A stretch of 64,000 nucleotides of DNA. Origin: Mytilus californianus (lineage: Eukaryota). The DNA is taken from the NCBI RefSeq assembly GCF_021869535.1, contig NW_026262581.1, positions 102,610,001 to 102,674,000 on the forward strand. The letters run 5' to 3'. The notes under the pieces are model-generated. The model saw nothing but the letters and a program-made list of their open reading frames with translations. It did not search any database and had not been told where the DNA came from. Below are positions 37,977-49,726 of this stretch, in pieces. A program made the translations under genes and the position numbers. The first letter of the stretch is position 1, and the number at the start of each line of letters is the position of its first letter.

Positions 37977-38642
37977 CTGTGAAAGCACTTTTATTCGTGG
38001 GGTACCAATTTTCGTGGTTTTCGTGGATGGCTTTATCCACGAATTTAACTGTCCAACGAATATAATAACTGTTGTCCAATTCCAGACATGGAAAGATCCC
38101 CATGTAGGTTTGATTACATGGATACGGTCATATAAACCGACGTACTATGAACTAAATATACATTTTTTTTGTACAACTTCAGACCGGATTTTACCCATTT
38201 AATCTTTTAAAAATCTAAAATGTACGACTGTTAACATTTTAATTCTCATGAGAAATATTTTTTTTATCGATGAAAGTCAGATATCCGGTGATGACATGCG
38301 ATAATGAAATGTTCCTTTTTTCATAATTCTCATACGAAAAATAATACTGATTCATTTTGGGCTTGCTTTTTTATGTCATAATAATTGATTCTACAATTCA
38401 AAATATTATGAATTTGTTATTTATGAAGGACGAACAAGTGAGTGAAAATGAACACCTTATTTAACAATGCCCCACAAATCATTATAAAACAACATGATTA
38501 ATATCACGAATATTCGATTCTGAAGTCTTCAAACTCGATTTTTTTTTCAGAAACCTAAAATCCACGAATTTAAGAACCCACGAACATGTAACTTTTGCTA
38601 AAACCACGAAAATTGATACCCGCGAATAAAATACTTTCACAG
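37977..38642. mobile_element. MITE with TA TSD and ~45-bp TIRs (Tc1/mariner-like signature) inside the LINE endonuclease
   Basis: ta|CTGTGAAAGCACTTTTATTCGTGGGGTACCAATTTTCGTGGTTTT ... AAAACCACGAAAATTGATACCCGCGAATAAAATACTTTCACAG|ta. Confidence 0.9.
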
Positions 38643-40773
38643 TAGTTAATGCAGCAACTAGAAAAGAAATAATGTAAGACTTAATCCTGTTAAATAATCC
38701 AACAACGATCAATTAAGTTAATATACTTCCACCACTATGACTAAGCTACCATGAAATTGTCTATACAATAACAGACACATTGTTACGTAAAGTGCGACAT
38801 TATCCAAGCGAAATTCTTAAATATGAAAAGGCAAAATTGGAAAGTGTAGAAGCAGATCTGCAAAACACACTTTAAGAGCTAACTGATATGAAAAAGAACA
38901 CCAAAAACAGCTATACATGAAATGCGTTATTTATTTAAAAACAACATACGTAGATACAAATATCCCATATAAAATATTAACATATAAAGATTGCCTTCCC
39001 TGTGTGCACAACAAACTCAGATAAATGATCAACAAAATGAAAAAAGGACAAAAAGCATACAGAGAAATATAAAAAAACTAAAACAACAATTCCAACAAGA
39101 ACAGAGACGTGTCTATTGTACATATATAGAAAATCAAAGCATCGTCCATATTGAGATCCAGTCAATTTGTAGCTAGTCTGAAATTTTTTCTGACCATACT
39201 CCTTTCAATATTTTTTTAAATTATTTTCATTTCCATAATCTTACTGTAAATGTCTATGCTATTGCCCAAAGATGGAGAATTTCGCATTATTGATGCAAAT
39301 TATTTTGAAATTTCAATTTTAGACACTGTCAGATTTTTTAACATCTTTTTTTTTATAAATATTTGTAATCTAATGATTTTGATAATAGTAGAAAGGGAAA
39401 TCGGCAAACAAGTAGTATATATTTTTTTATGCCATTTATAATAATTGGCTTAATAATTTCCAGAAAGAGGCATTGAAAAAACACTTTCTCAACAGCAACA
39501 AAAATTTTAAAAATAAGTAACTAATCTTTATCTAAATTGGTGTTCATTCTTCATTCAGAAAAAATACATTTCTTGTATTCAAATATACATGTACAAATAC
39601 CTAATGCTGAGATATTTCCAATTACTGTTTAATAGCAATATAATGGGGAATAAACAAATAAATTTATTGCAGAAAATGCTCAGGTAAGAGTTATGCAATT
39701 TTGTTTATTGTTTCAACCAAATTACTGATAATTGTAATTAGAACTTGATTATTGACCCATGTCAGATGATCATGACACTGATTTTACAAGTGAAATAAAA
39801 TCTTCTTGCATTTTTTATGCATATTTTATTCATTTTTTGTCTTTCTTTGAAAAAAAGCAACATCTGATTAATCATTCAGCTTTTACACAAAATTAACAGA
39901 ATAATTTAATGTAGTGTAGATCAAAATAAATAATACATTTGTAGGTTTACTATTCAGGTCAAGAATTTGTGTATTCAGTTAGGTGTGTAATAAATTGTGT
40001 CTATTTAATTATGTAACAGGTCATGAGATATTAACGGGTGAATTAAGACTGCAGTTGATTCCAATTAATACTTACATCTTTGAGTGTAATTGTTTGAAAA
40101 TCATGACAGTTGATAATCTTATTGGTATTGTATCAGTACTCTTACTTGCCTAAGGAAAGAATTGGAGTAATAGTATTTAAAATATCTTGTACCAAATTTT
40201 ATTCAATAATTTACATGGACATAAGATATTGATAAAATACTTTTATCAGTTGCTTAATATATATATATTTTTCAATTTTTTTTTTACATTATTCAATAAA
40301 TGGCAATTTCATATAAAGTTTGATTTACAAAGGAACTATATGCAAGTGTATATCTAAAATAAAGTAACTGTTCGACCAATGTTTTTCTTAATCTAAGGGC
40401 AAATGACATGTCAAAAGTAGACAGTTGATGATTAAAATGGTGTATAAAGTTTCTGCAAGTCATAAAAACATATAATTAGTTTCATGATATGTCTTCAACT
40501 TAGAATTCTGCACCATCTCAAAATCCGGAGTGATCGCATAGATCCAGCATGGCTGAATCAAAAATGATTCTTGACCTTCCAACAAATGACCGTGACCAGC
40601 GTTACAGCAATCAATCTAAACCAAAGAATCTCTTCTATATGAAATCACTTAGAACTGATAACAGTGGAGTTGCACCCCGAAAAAAGAAGGTTAATTGATA
40701 ACTGACACCAACAAAAGGCCAACATATTAAATGAACAATTTCAATCAGTTTTCACCACCGAAACAGAAAAGAT

Positions 40774-41203
40774 AAAATTGAGAATGGAAACGGGGAATGT
40801 GTCAAAGAGACAACCCGACCAAAGAGCAGAAAACAGCCCAAGGCCACCAAAGGGTATTCAACACAGCGAGAAAATCCCGCACCCAGAGTCGGGCTTCAGC
40901 TGGCCCCTAAACAATAATGTATACTAGTTCAGCGAAAATGGACGTCACACTAAACTCCGAAACATATAAATGAACCAAAACTAAAAACACATTCAAGAAA
41001 AACAAAGGCCAGAGGTTCCTGACTTGAGTCAGACACAAAAATGTGGCGGGGTTAAACATGTTTTGTGAGATCTCTACCTTCCCCTATACCTCTAGCCAAT
41101 GTGGAATAGACAAACACACAGCAATACGCACAGTAAAACTCAGTTTAAAAGTCCGAGTCCGATGTTAGAAAAGGGTAACAAAAGAAACTAAGCAAAATGA
41201 CAA
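40774..41203 (+). repeat. Interspersed repeat family B inside the LINE
   Basis: Collinear with 12566-13010. Confidence 0.9.
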
Positions 41204-42993
41204 ATATCAATAACAGCACCAATTGTAACCATAATTTTCCAGAAATCACTCACAACGTGCTGTATATCGTTTGATTGAAAACATGCAAATGTCGCACACA
41301 AAAAAAAGGTGAAAATATAATACAGTAAATTACAGACCAATATCTCTCACTTGTATCAGTTGTAAACTAATGAAACATGTCATAACAAAACACGTAATTA
41401 ACCATCTAGAAAATAACAACTTGTTATGTGATCTCCAGCACGGCTTCGTACACTCTAGATCATGTGAAACACAACCACTGTCCTTCGTACAAAAATGTGC
41501 ATCAAATTCAAACAATAACACTTAAACAGACTTAATATTTATGGACTTTGCCAAAGCCTTTAAGTACCTAAAACATTCATCACATTAAGTTACAGGCAGG
41601 CATACCTATCATTTGTCCATCCAAAATTAAAGTACGCTTGCTCGGTATGGAACCCTCACACTGCTGAAAACTTCAATAAACTCGAGATGGTCCTACAACG
41701 GGCAGCTAGGTATGCCTGTAATCGCTTTCATAATATACTCTCAACTGGCCTAACTTAAAACCCGACTTATAATGTTCTATAAAATTGAACACCACATTGT
41801 CGCAGTACCCAAAGTATTTCTTTTACCAACAGGCACTAGAACTCGGCAAATCCATTCTTATACACAGATATTTACTAGCATATAAAGACTGCTACAAATA
41901 TTCACGTTCCCTCTTACTATCACATAATGGAACTAACTCCTTTAAAATGTAGTACTTTCCCCTACACTCGGTATTTTTAGAGTACAGTGACAATCATGAT
42001 GTCCTGTCCGGCTGCAGCTTCCTATTGGTTTTTGTATGTATTTACTCTTGTCTATGGCTACAAGATATTTTTTTTATTTTGTCACACATGATGAGTCGAG
42101 CTTCTTTTAGTCTTGTTTGCAAGCGTTTCCATTCCATTCTTAAACCGATACCTATTTTTATCATGTTTATCAATGAATATAAATTTATGATTATAACGTA
42201 TTGTTCCATTTGTTTCTTAACGTCTGTTTCTAACAACAATTATTTTCCTCTATTTATAACTATAAAACCCATGGCCGAGACAACTTTTCAAATTATGGCC
42301 AAAACGTCTCGCATCGAAATGATGGAAACCACTCATCACTTTTAGATATGTAGGAGAGTCCCAGCCCAGAATTGTGTTTTAAGGCCAATATCCCAATTCT
42401 TTGTTTATAAAGAAAACTTCTTCTAACATGCTATTTGCCAGACAAAGTGTATTCTGTTCTAAAGAAAGTGTTTATGGGCACTGAAGGAAAACAAGGTTGC
42501 TCTGTCAATGTATATTTGTTCCGCCTAACAGATGTTCCACTAGAAACTTTGTTATAAACAATGCCATAATATCTGTTCCTGTTGCAACAAATATTCTATA
42601 CCATTTATTCCGTTAGGAACATATACTGTAATATTTATTCCGCTGGAAATAATATTCCAGAATACTTTTTCCATTTAGAACTTATATTATGAAGCAACTT
42701 CTATTTCGTGACAACTTTATTGTGCATTTTATCAAGAATCGTAACATATTTAGCCAAGATTATGTTGTTCATTATTTTCGTAACTGTAGGTAGAACAGAT
42801 GGATCTATACCCAAATGCACAACTTTCTGCAACTTATGCAAATGGTTCTCTTTACAGAAAAATAGATGGCAAAGATAGCAAGCGGACAATAACATACAAA
42901 AGTCTAATAATGCAGACAACACCATAGCCAAAAAGAAATAGTCTACAAAACATTACACAGTAAAACTAATCAAAGAGCTGAAAGCTCTGAGGA

Positions 42994-43155
42994 TAATACG
43001 GTTTATCTCATTTATAAGATAAACCAATTTAATGAATGAGAAATGATTACTGCGTCATTCGGATCCGGTTCTCGTTTCCCGATAATCAACGTCACATGAC
43101 TCTTCAGCATTACATTGAACTAGCCACTCTTGTAGATATGTAAAAGTTTCAAAAA
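42994..43155 (+). repeat. 162-bp direct repeat, copy 1 (copy 2 at 47199-47360)
   Basis: Three substitutions seen between the copies. Confidence 0.95.
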
Positions 43156-44312
43156 TGCAATCGTAAAAAATCATTGACATCCGCATGTCATATTACAATA
43201 TTTTGATATGAAACTATCGAAGAGACAAGGTAATTCTCCAAGAAAGGATTTTCATTTGCAAGGGCCAGCAAATGACGAAATTAAAAGGTAAACCGAACTG
43301 TCACCATACGATCCGATGCCATCAACACGAGGAACACCTCCAGTTTCTTTCGACATGTATGGATGTGTAAAGATCATAGAACAATTTAATTAATGTATCT
43401 TCACCATAAAAATTATACAATGCACCAATGACAGGGACAGCTTCCAATGTGTCAGTGGCTCATGGACCGGTGATCAATTTAATGGCAGAACAAAATCTTC
43501 ACACCAGGAGCCCCCATTTATAATTCCACACGGCACAACATGCACAAGGAAAACACGATTCAAAAGAATAGGAGAACCACTGATCCAAAGAATTCATAAC
43601 CTGGTTCCAGCGGTTTGCAGATTTCGTCAAACATTAATCTTGGTATGTTGAATTTATAAAAAAGTTGATGTTTTGCGGCGTATAATGATATTTATCTCAT
43701 AACGAATAAGATTAATCTGATAGTGATAAACATAAGATTACTGAAAGGTTTATTTATTATTATTATTTGATGTCATATATTTAATTTGAATTTCACATGA
43801 GCAATATGATCGCACTGAGACTTTAATCAGAGACATAATATGTAAGTTTTACATGTCTCTGCTTTAATTTACAATATGTTATATCACCATGCAGTCGTTT
43901 GAAAGACGCACATAGCGCTATTACACACAAGATACACACGAGGGCAATAAGTGCAAATTCGTCAACCTTTATCTATTAATAACATTATACCACTTATTAT
44001 ACACAATTATACACTATGTGTTAGATGGTTCAGCTGACGTTGTAAATGAAATACACTATATGAGATTTAGAAGACAAATGACAAATTTTGAGGCGGATGA
44101 CGCTATAGCGTTAGAATAAATCCAATCAGAGTCGATGGCTTCGATTAAAGTATTTACACGTGCAAATTCTTTGAACAGTCTTAAATATTTCCTAATACTG
44201 TTTGATACACTTAAATCGGCATTACTATAAATAAAATGTACATAATTTATGCCTACAGTTTTCTCGTTTGACTTATTTAACATTTTTCTTTTGGGGTTTT
44301 TTAATTACTCAC

Positions 44313-44532
44313 TAATGCGGTATGGGCTCTGCTCATTGTCGAAGGCTGTACAATGACTTATTGTTATTAATGCGGTAGGGGCCCTGCTCATTGTTGAAGG
44401 CAGTAAAAAGACTTATTGTTATTAATGCGGCATGGGCTCTGCTCATTTTTGAAGGCAGTAAAATGACTTATTGTTATTAATGCGGTATGGGCCCTGCTCA
44501 TTGTTGAAGGCAGTACGATGACTTATTGTTAT
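44313..44532 (+). repeat. 55-bp tandem repeat x4, derived from an internal segment of family C
   Basis: Units start at 44313, 44368, 44423 and 44478 and run into the family C terminus GTTGTCTCATTGGCAATCATACCA. Confidence 0.9.
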
Positions 44533-46714
44533 TGATTTCTTTGCCATTTGGTCTACTGTGAAAAGTTGTCTCATTGGCAATCATACCAATTCTTTTTTAC
44601 ATGAGAGTTACTCAGTTACATGTATATATATATACTTTTCAATTTGCGTTTCTTTTCTTGTTAGCTTGCTTGCTTTAATTTATGCATGTTTGCCTAGCTA
44701 TTTACATTTATATGCATGTGTTCTTGTTGTATAATATGCTTATAATTTGATATTTGATTTTTATATTAAATATCAAGTCAGTTGAGAGATCTACAGAGCT
44801 CATGTTTACGTTGTTGAATCATACATACATGTATCATGCCCGACCCTAAATTTTCTTACTTACGTAAATAGAGTTAATATAGTTATACAAGCAAATATAG
44901 TTATACAAGCAAAGCTGAGTTGATATTTTCAAAAAAGACCTCAACATATGATATGTTATTACTATTGGCATAGGTTATTCAGATAGCTCTCTAAAACTCA
45001 TTTACCGTTGTTCTTGATAGTATATATATACACAACAGACACTGGACTTCCAGAACAACAGCATAACATGCTACGAATGAATTTAATACGATCAGAATAT
45101 ACCTTGCCAAAAAATTCACACTTTAATCAGTTCACGAAGATAAACTACGTCTTCTTCAAACCAGTAGTTAATAGGCAACTATGGACAGGTCAATTAATTT
45201 ATCAACAAGTCAACTTAGAGCAAATAAGGGAATTATGTGCACTTTTGACACAATTATTAAATTACTTTATAAACTCACGAAGCAGCAGACAGAGCATGGT
45301 ACACAATATCCTCTTTTCTTTGAAGTGCGATAATGTTATTGTATATATACATGTATTGTTTATAATATTTTTGATTGTCATCATCATCTAACACGGATAT
45401 GTGAACATTGAGGATACCTTTGTATTTTACTATCACATTTCTTTTACATGTCAGCACGAACTATGGGCTTTCCCACAACTATTTTTAGAAACAAAACAAA
45501 TATGTGGTATATAAGTTACGGACTTTTACAGACAAACACGTATATTATCCAGATGGGAGCCTCAATGAATTTTTAAATTTATTTCAAATACTCTTGATCT
45601 ATTTCCTTCTATTAAAAGGAACATTTAGCATTCCTATCTATTCACAGAGCTGATGGACTCATTCTTTTTAATTCTAGTCGGAATTAATCAACTATGCATC
45701 TATATACACCCATTACTTAGAGTAATACTTGGAATTTCACTCTAGCACCTAGTTCTTTTAGGTCACAAAATATATTCGACGTAAAACTATTCAAGTTTGA
45801 ACTTTCCAAAAAGCTGCACGGTCTGCTTAGCTGTATCCGAATTTTAAGTACTAGTAGGAATGCATGTGGTTGCCGATTTAGTACAGGAAGTGTGGTACTT
45901 TCTATATATTGATTGATACGAATAAATTAATTTTTAAAGTGTACGTTATACACCCATGGTTTTAAAATATTGGTCACGATACTTGTTGAAAATAAAAATT
46001 AAATATATACAAATGTACACGACTTCGAAGGGGTGCCTAGAATAGCATGAATTATATATACAGGTAATGCATTTTCGTAAACTTTGTAGAGGAACATAGA
46101 TTTGCAAAACTAATAGTGCATATTGCAGATTAACAAAGCAATTAGGTAGATTCATGGTATTATACCACCATCTTGGATTGTACTTTTGCAGTGAACAATC
46201 AGTCTAGTTGTTACCCAAATCTCCGAATTTGTAGACAGATGTTCAATGTTATTGATTAGACTGTTTATCTCTACGAAGAAAACTTCCTGATTTATCGCAT
46301 TATTAAAAATATTTTAACAAGTACCAAACATATGTGTTTTAGAATAAATTTGTTCAACTAAGCCAGTTAAGGCGAGATAACTCTTTTAGTAAACCTATTG
46401 ATAATTCATGATCGGTTTATCTGTGGATGTATTACTGCTAAAATATTGCGTTTTTATGATGATATTAAATATATATATAACATGGATAATACAACAAGAG
46501 AAGTGATATCGTCCAAAACAAATTTTGCTGAGGGGATATCATGGAAGGATAACAGCCCCATTATAACAAAGCTATTACAAAAGGAAAAATATTATTGTCC
46601 ACGTTTCAAACGTATTAACAAAGAGTAATGCCTTCTTAGCTAGTTCACTTAAATGGACTTTTAGGTTGTGGAAAGGGGGGGGGATTCTGATGAGTGTGTA
46701 TAGACACACTCAAG

Positions 46715-47201
46715 TGGCAAGATTAAGGGGTTATGATCGTTTCCCGTAATTGTACGTCGGATCATATTAGGTTTTTACTTTCCTGCGGTACCGCAGGAAG
46801 TTCTGTTGAGACCATCTCATGTCTACCCTGAGTGGCCGGTTCTGAATTGGTACCAGTTCGAGCTTGACTGTTTTATGATACATAGTATGGACTATGTATT
46901 CAGTGTGCATATAGAGTTTTATGATATAGAAACTGTTAATCTTTACTCCCCTGAAACCAGGGGGTGATGCGAATAAGACCCGACGTATTTGGGGATCATA
47001 ACCCTCGTTCTCTTTAGGATAAACCTTGAGGAACTTGAGCATCCATTGCTACCAATGGTGCACAGATTTGTCAGTTAAATCAATCATGTCGGCATTCTGT
47101 TATCATGTCAGACCTCGTCATTCAAAGTGAACTGTGGCCGTTATTTCCACATTAATTATTTGTTTGTTATGTTTTTGCCTGAAACTTGATTCTTTGATTA
47201 A
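46715..47201 (+). repeat. 487-bp direct repeat, copy 1
   Basis: Two substitutions versus 47763-48249; both copies give the same 91-aa minus-strand ORF apart from one residue. Confidence 0.95.
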
Positions 47202-47360
47202 TACGGTTTATCTCATTTATAAGATAAACCAATTTAATGAAAGAGAAATGGTTACTGCGTCATTCGGATCCGGTTCTCGTTTCCCTATAATCAACGTCAC
47301 ATGACTCTTCAGCATTACATTGAACTAGCCACTCTTGTAGATATGTAAAAGTTTCAAAAA
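47199..47360 (+). repeat. 162-bp direct repeat, copy 2, fused to the end of the 487-bp repeat
   Basis: The junction shares TAA with the end of 46715-47201. Confidence 0.95.
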
Positions 47361-47762
47361 CCCACCCACCTCCCCCTGCAATCTTCCATCTAATAACAAT
47401 TCTTTTGTCTGCTGCTGTTTTATTTATCTTTTCAGAATGACCAGAATAGGCCGGATCTATAACATTTTGGACAAAAAAGAGGAGACAAACAAGCCGATGG
47501 ATTTGCTTGCTGAATCATACGTTCGAGAACTATATATGTTAATGCTAATTTTCATGAATGGCTACCACTTTTATCTACATATTCAGACACCAGCAGTGTG
47601 AAAATAGAATTATCAATACCTGCTATTAGTTCTTCGCCTGGAATGCATTTAACTTTTGACTTTATTTGGATAAAGATCAGCATTTATCTTGATTACTTGA
47701 TTCTAATTGTCCATTATTTTGTAATAAAATCATTCGTCACAGTCAAAAAGGATGTCGGGATC

Positions 47763-48249
47763 TGGCAAGATTAAGGGGTTATGATCGTTTCCCGTAATTG
47801 TACGTCGGATCATATTAGGTTTTTACTTTCCTGCGGTACCGCAGGAAGTTCTGTTGAGACCATCTCATGTCTACCCTGAGTGGCCGGTTCTGAATTGGTA
47901 CCAGTTCGAGCTTGACTGTTTTATGATACATAGTATGGACTATGTATTCAGCGTGCATATAGAGTTTTATGATATAGAAACTGTTAATCTTTACTCCCCT
48001 GAAACCAGGGGGTGATGCGAATAAGACCCGACGTATTTGGGGATCATAACCCTCGTTCTCTTTAGGATAAACCTTGAGGAACTTGAGCATCCATTGCTAC
48101 CAATGGTTCACAGATTTGTCAGTTAAATCAATCATGTCGGCATTCTGTTATCATGTCAGACCTCGTCATTCAAAGTGAACTGTGGCCGTTATTTCCACAT
48201 TAATTATTTGTTTGTTATGTTTTTGCCTGAAACTTGATTCTTTGATTAA
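47763..48249 (+). repeat. 487-bp direct repeat, copy 2
   Basis: See 46715-47201. Confidence 0.95.
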
Positions 48250-48828
48250 ATGACGCCATTGTCTCTAATATTGGGATATTTTTGATGCAAGTCTTGATTT
48301 TCACATTATTTACCTACTGAATCTTAGGAGACTTTTCAGTTCATGGTAGGTCGGCTGACTGACAATAGAATAGATTTGAATTGTTTTCAAAGTCTATGGC
48401 TTTTTTATTTGTTTGTCAAGATATATATATATGTGTTAAGTGAAGATGACTACTGGTTGTTTCTTTTGTATAAAGAAATAGCTCAAGACTACCTGAACGA
48501 TCTACAATATTCAAAGTAATATGTGAATTTGTTTCTTGCAATTTCATTATTCTTAGTCAAGGATACATTAACAGACTATCCCCTTCTTTGTAGAATTATT
48601 TAACAAAATGATGATGAAGAGCCTGCAGTAAGCAAGCTCTTATACCCCACATAAATCCTTATTTAAGAGATAAGTTACAAGTGACTTAGTGACATTGTTA
48701 TTTATGTTACTTAAAGGATGATCAAATTCCGTAGATTTAGACAATAGTATTGTTGTACTAGTTTGACAATTACAAATATAGTGACACCATTTATACAACC
48801 AAATTTCATTGTTGATATATATATATAC

Positions 48829-49726
48829 ATATGGTGTACAAAATTTTTTGAACCTTTTGTTTGCGGTATACCATCTTTTCCGCAAGTTTATTGTTTTCTG
48901 GTTGGTATTAAATTAATAATTAAGATCCATTTTGGTACAACTGTGATCCGTTTATTTGGCAATCGCCAATGGCAGTCAGCAGGGTTTAAGAACATTTGTT
49001 GTTCGACCTGTTAGTCAAATGCGTTTTGTTAAAATATACTTTTTCACTTTTTTGGTCTTATGAAAAATTTTGTTTGTGCTGTATATAGACCCCTCCAGCA
49101 AGAAATTTGTTTTGCATGCACACGTATAAAAATTGCGGTTTTTATCCAACGCAATCATAGGTTTGAACGTTGTTTTCAATTTAGACGTTTATATTTTTTC
49201 GTTTGGGCTTGTATTATATTTGCCTTCGGGTTTATATGATTCGTTCATCCTATTTCGACTCCTCAAAATTCAAGAGTCTATCCTAAATTGAGATAAATTA
49301 TATGGCCTTCCAAATACCGTTTCGATTCCTAACATCACTGAAGAGACATTAATTGTCGAAATCCAGATATGGTGTACAAAAATTTTTTTGGACCTTTTGT
49401 TTGCGGTATACCATCTTTTCCGCAAGTTTATTGTTTTCTGTTTGGTATTAAATTAATAATTAAGATCCATTTTGGTACAACTGTGATCCGTTTATTTGGC
49501 AATCGCCAATGGCAGTCAGCAGGGTTTAAGAACATTTGTTTTTCGACCTGTTAGTCAAATGCGTTTTGTTAAAATATACTTTTTCACTCTTTTGGTCTTT
49601 TGAAAAATGTTGTTTGTGCTGTATTTAGACCCCTCTACCAGGAAATTTGTTTTGCATACACACGTATAAAAATTGCGGGTTTTATCCAACGCAATCATAG
49701 GTTTGAACGTTGTTTTCAATTTAGAC
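48829..49726 (+). repeat. Partial tandem duplication of ~360 bp (48829-49186 and 49367-49726) with a hammerhead-like motif at the start of copy 2
   Basis: Direct comparison of the two segments; near-identical ORFs 48763-49014 and 49369-49554. Confidence 0.9.

Larger units (their letters stand above)
37764..41990 (+). mobile_element. Degenerate CR1/L2-like LINE (APE endonuclease + RT) with nested insertions and internal deletions
   Basis: NIIIGGDFN (about 37862-37888); QIVNAATRK..DLILLNNP..VNILPPL.LSYHEIV; EQRRVYCTYIEN; KANILNEQFQSVFT; NYRPISLTCISCKLM, QHGF, DFAKAF; VWNPH..KLEMV.QRAARY; RLIMFYKI. Confidence 0.85.

Noticed and set aside
42025-42345. F-box-like ORF (SRASFSLVCKRFHSIL)
   Set aside because: The opposite strand reads MEWKRLQTRLKEARLIMCDKI, which matches the LINE C-terminal motif (W..LQ.RR..ARL.M.YKI), so an antisense shadow is more likely.
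44313-44532. CRISPR-like array (also considered for 15349-15476 and 7805-8040)
   Set aside because: The units are contiguous with no unique spacers, the context is eukaryotic and there are no cas genes.
45008-46628. ORFs 45008-45391 and 46398-46628 as genes
   Set aside because: No recognisable domain, a TTG start or weak starts and no convincing splice signals; lengths are compatible with chance or decayed relics.
46688-46716. Hammerhead ribozyme at CTGATGA-GTGTGT(ATAG)ACACAC
   Set aside because: The stem is followed by TCAA instead of GAAA, and the hairpin extends into the CUGAUGA box. It is a simple 9-bp hairpin (46691-46712).
46715-48249. 487-bp repeats as the LTRs of a TRIM/LTR element
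   Set aside because: No TG..CA ends, target-site duplication, PBS or PPT.
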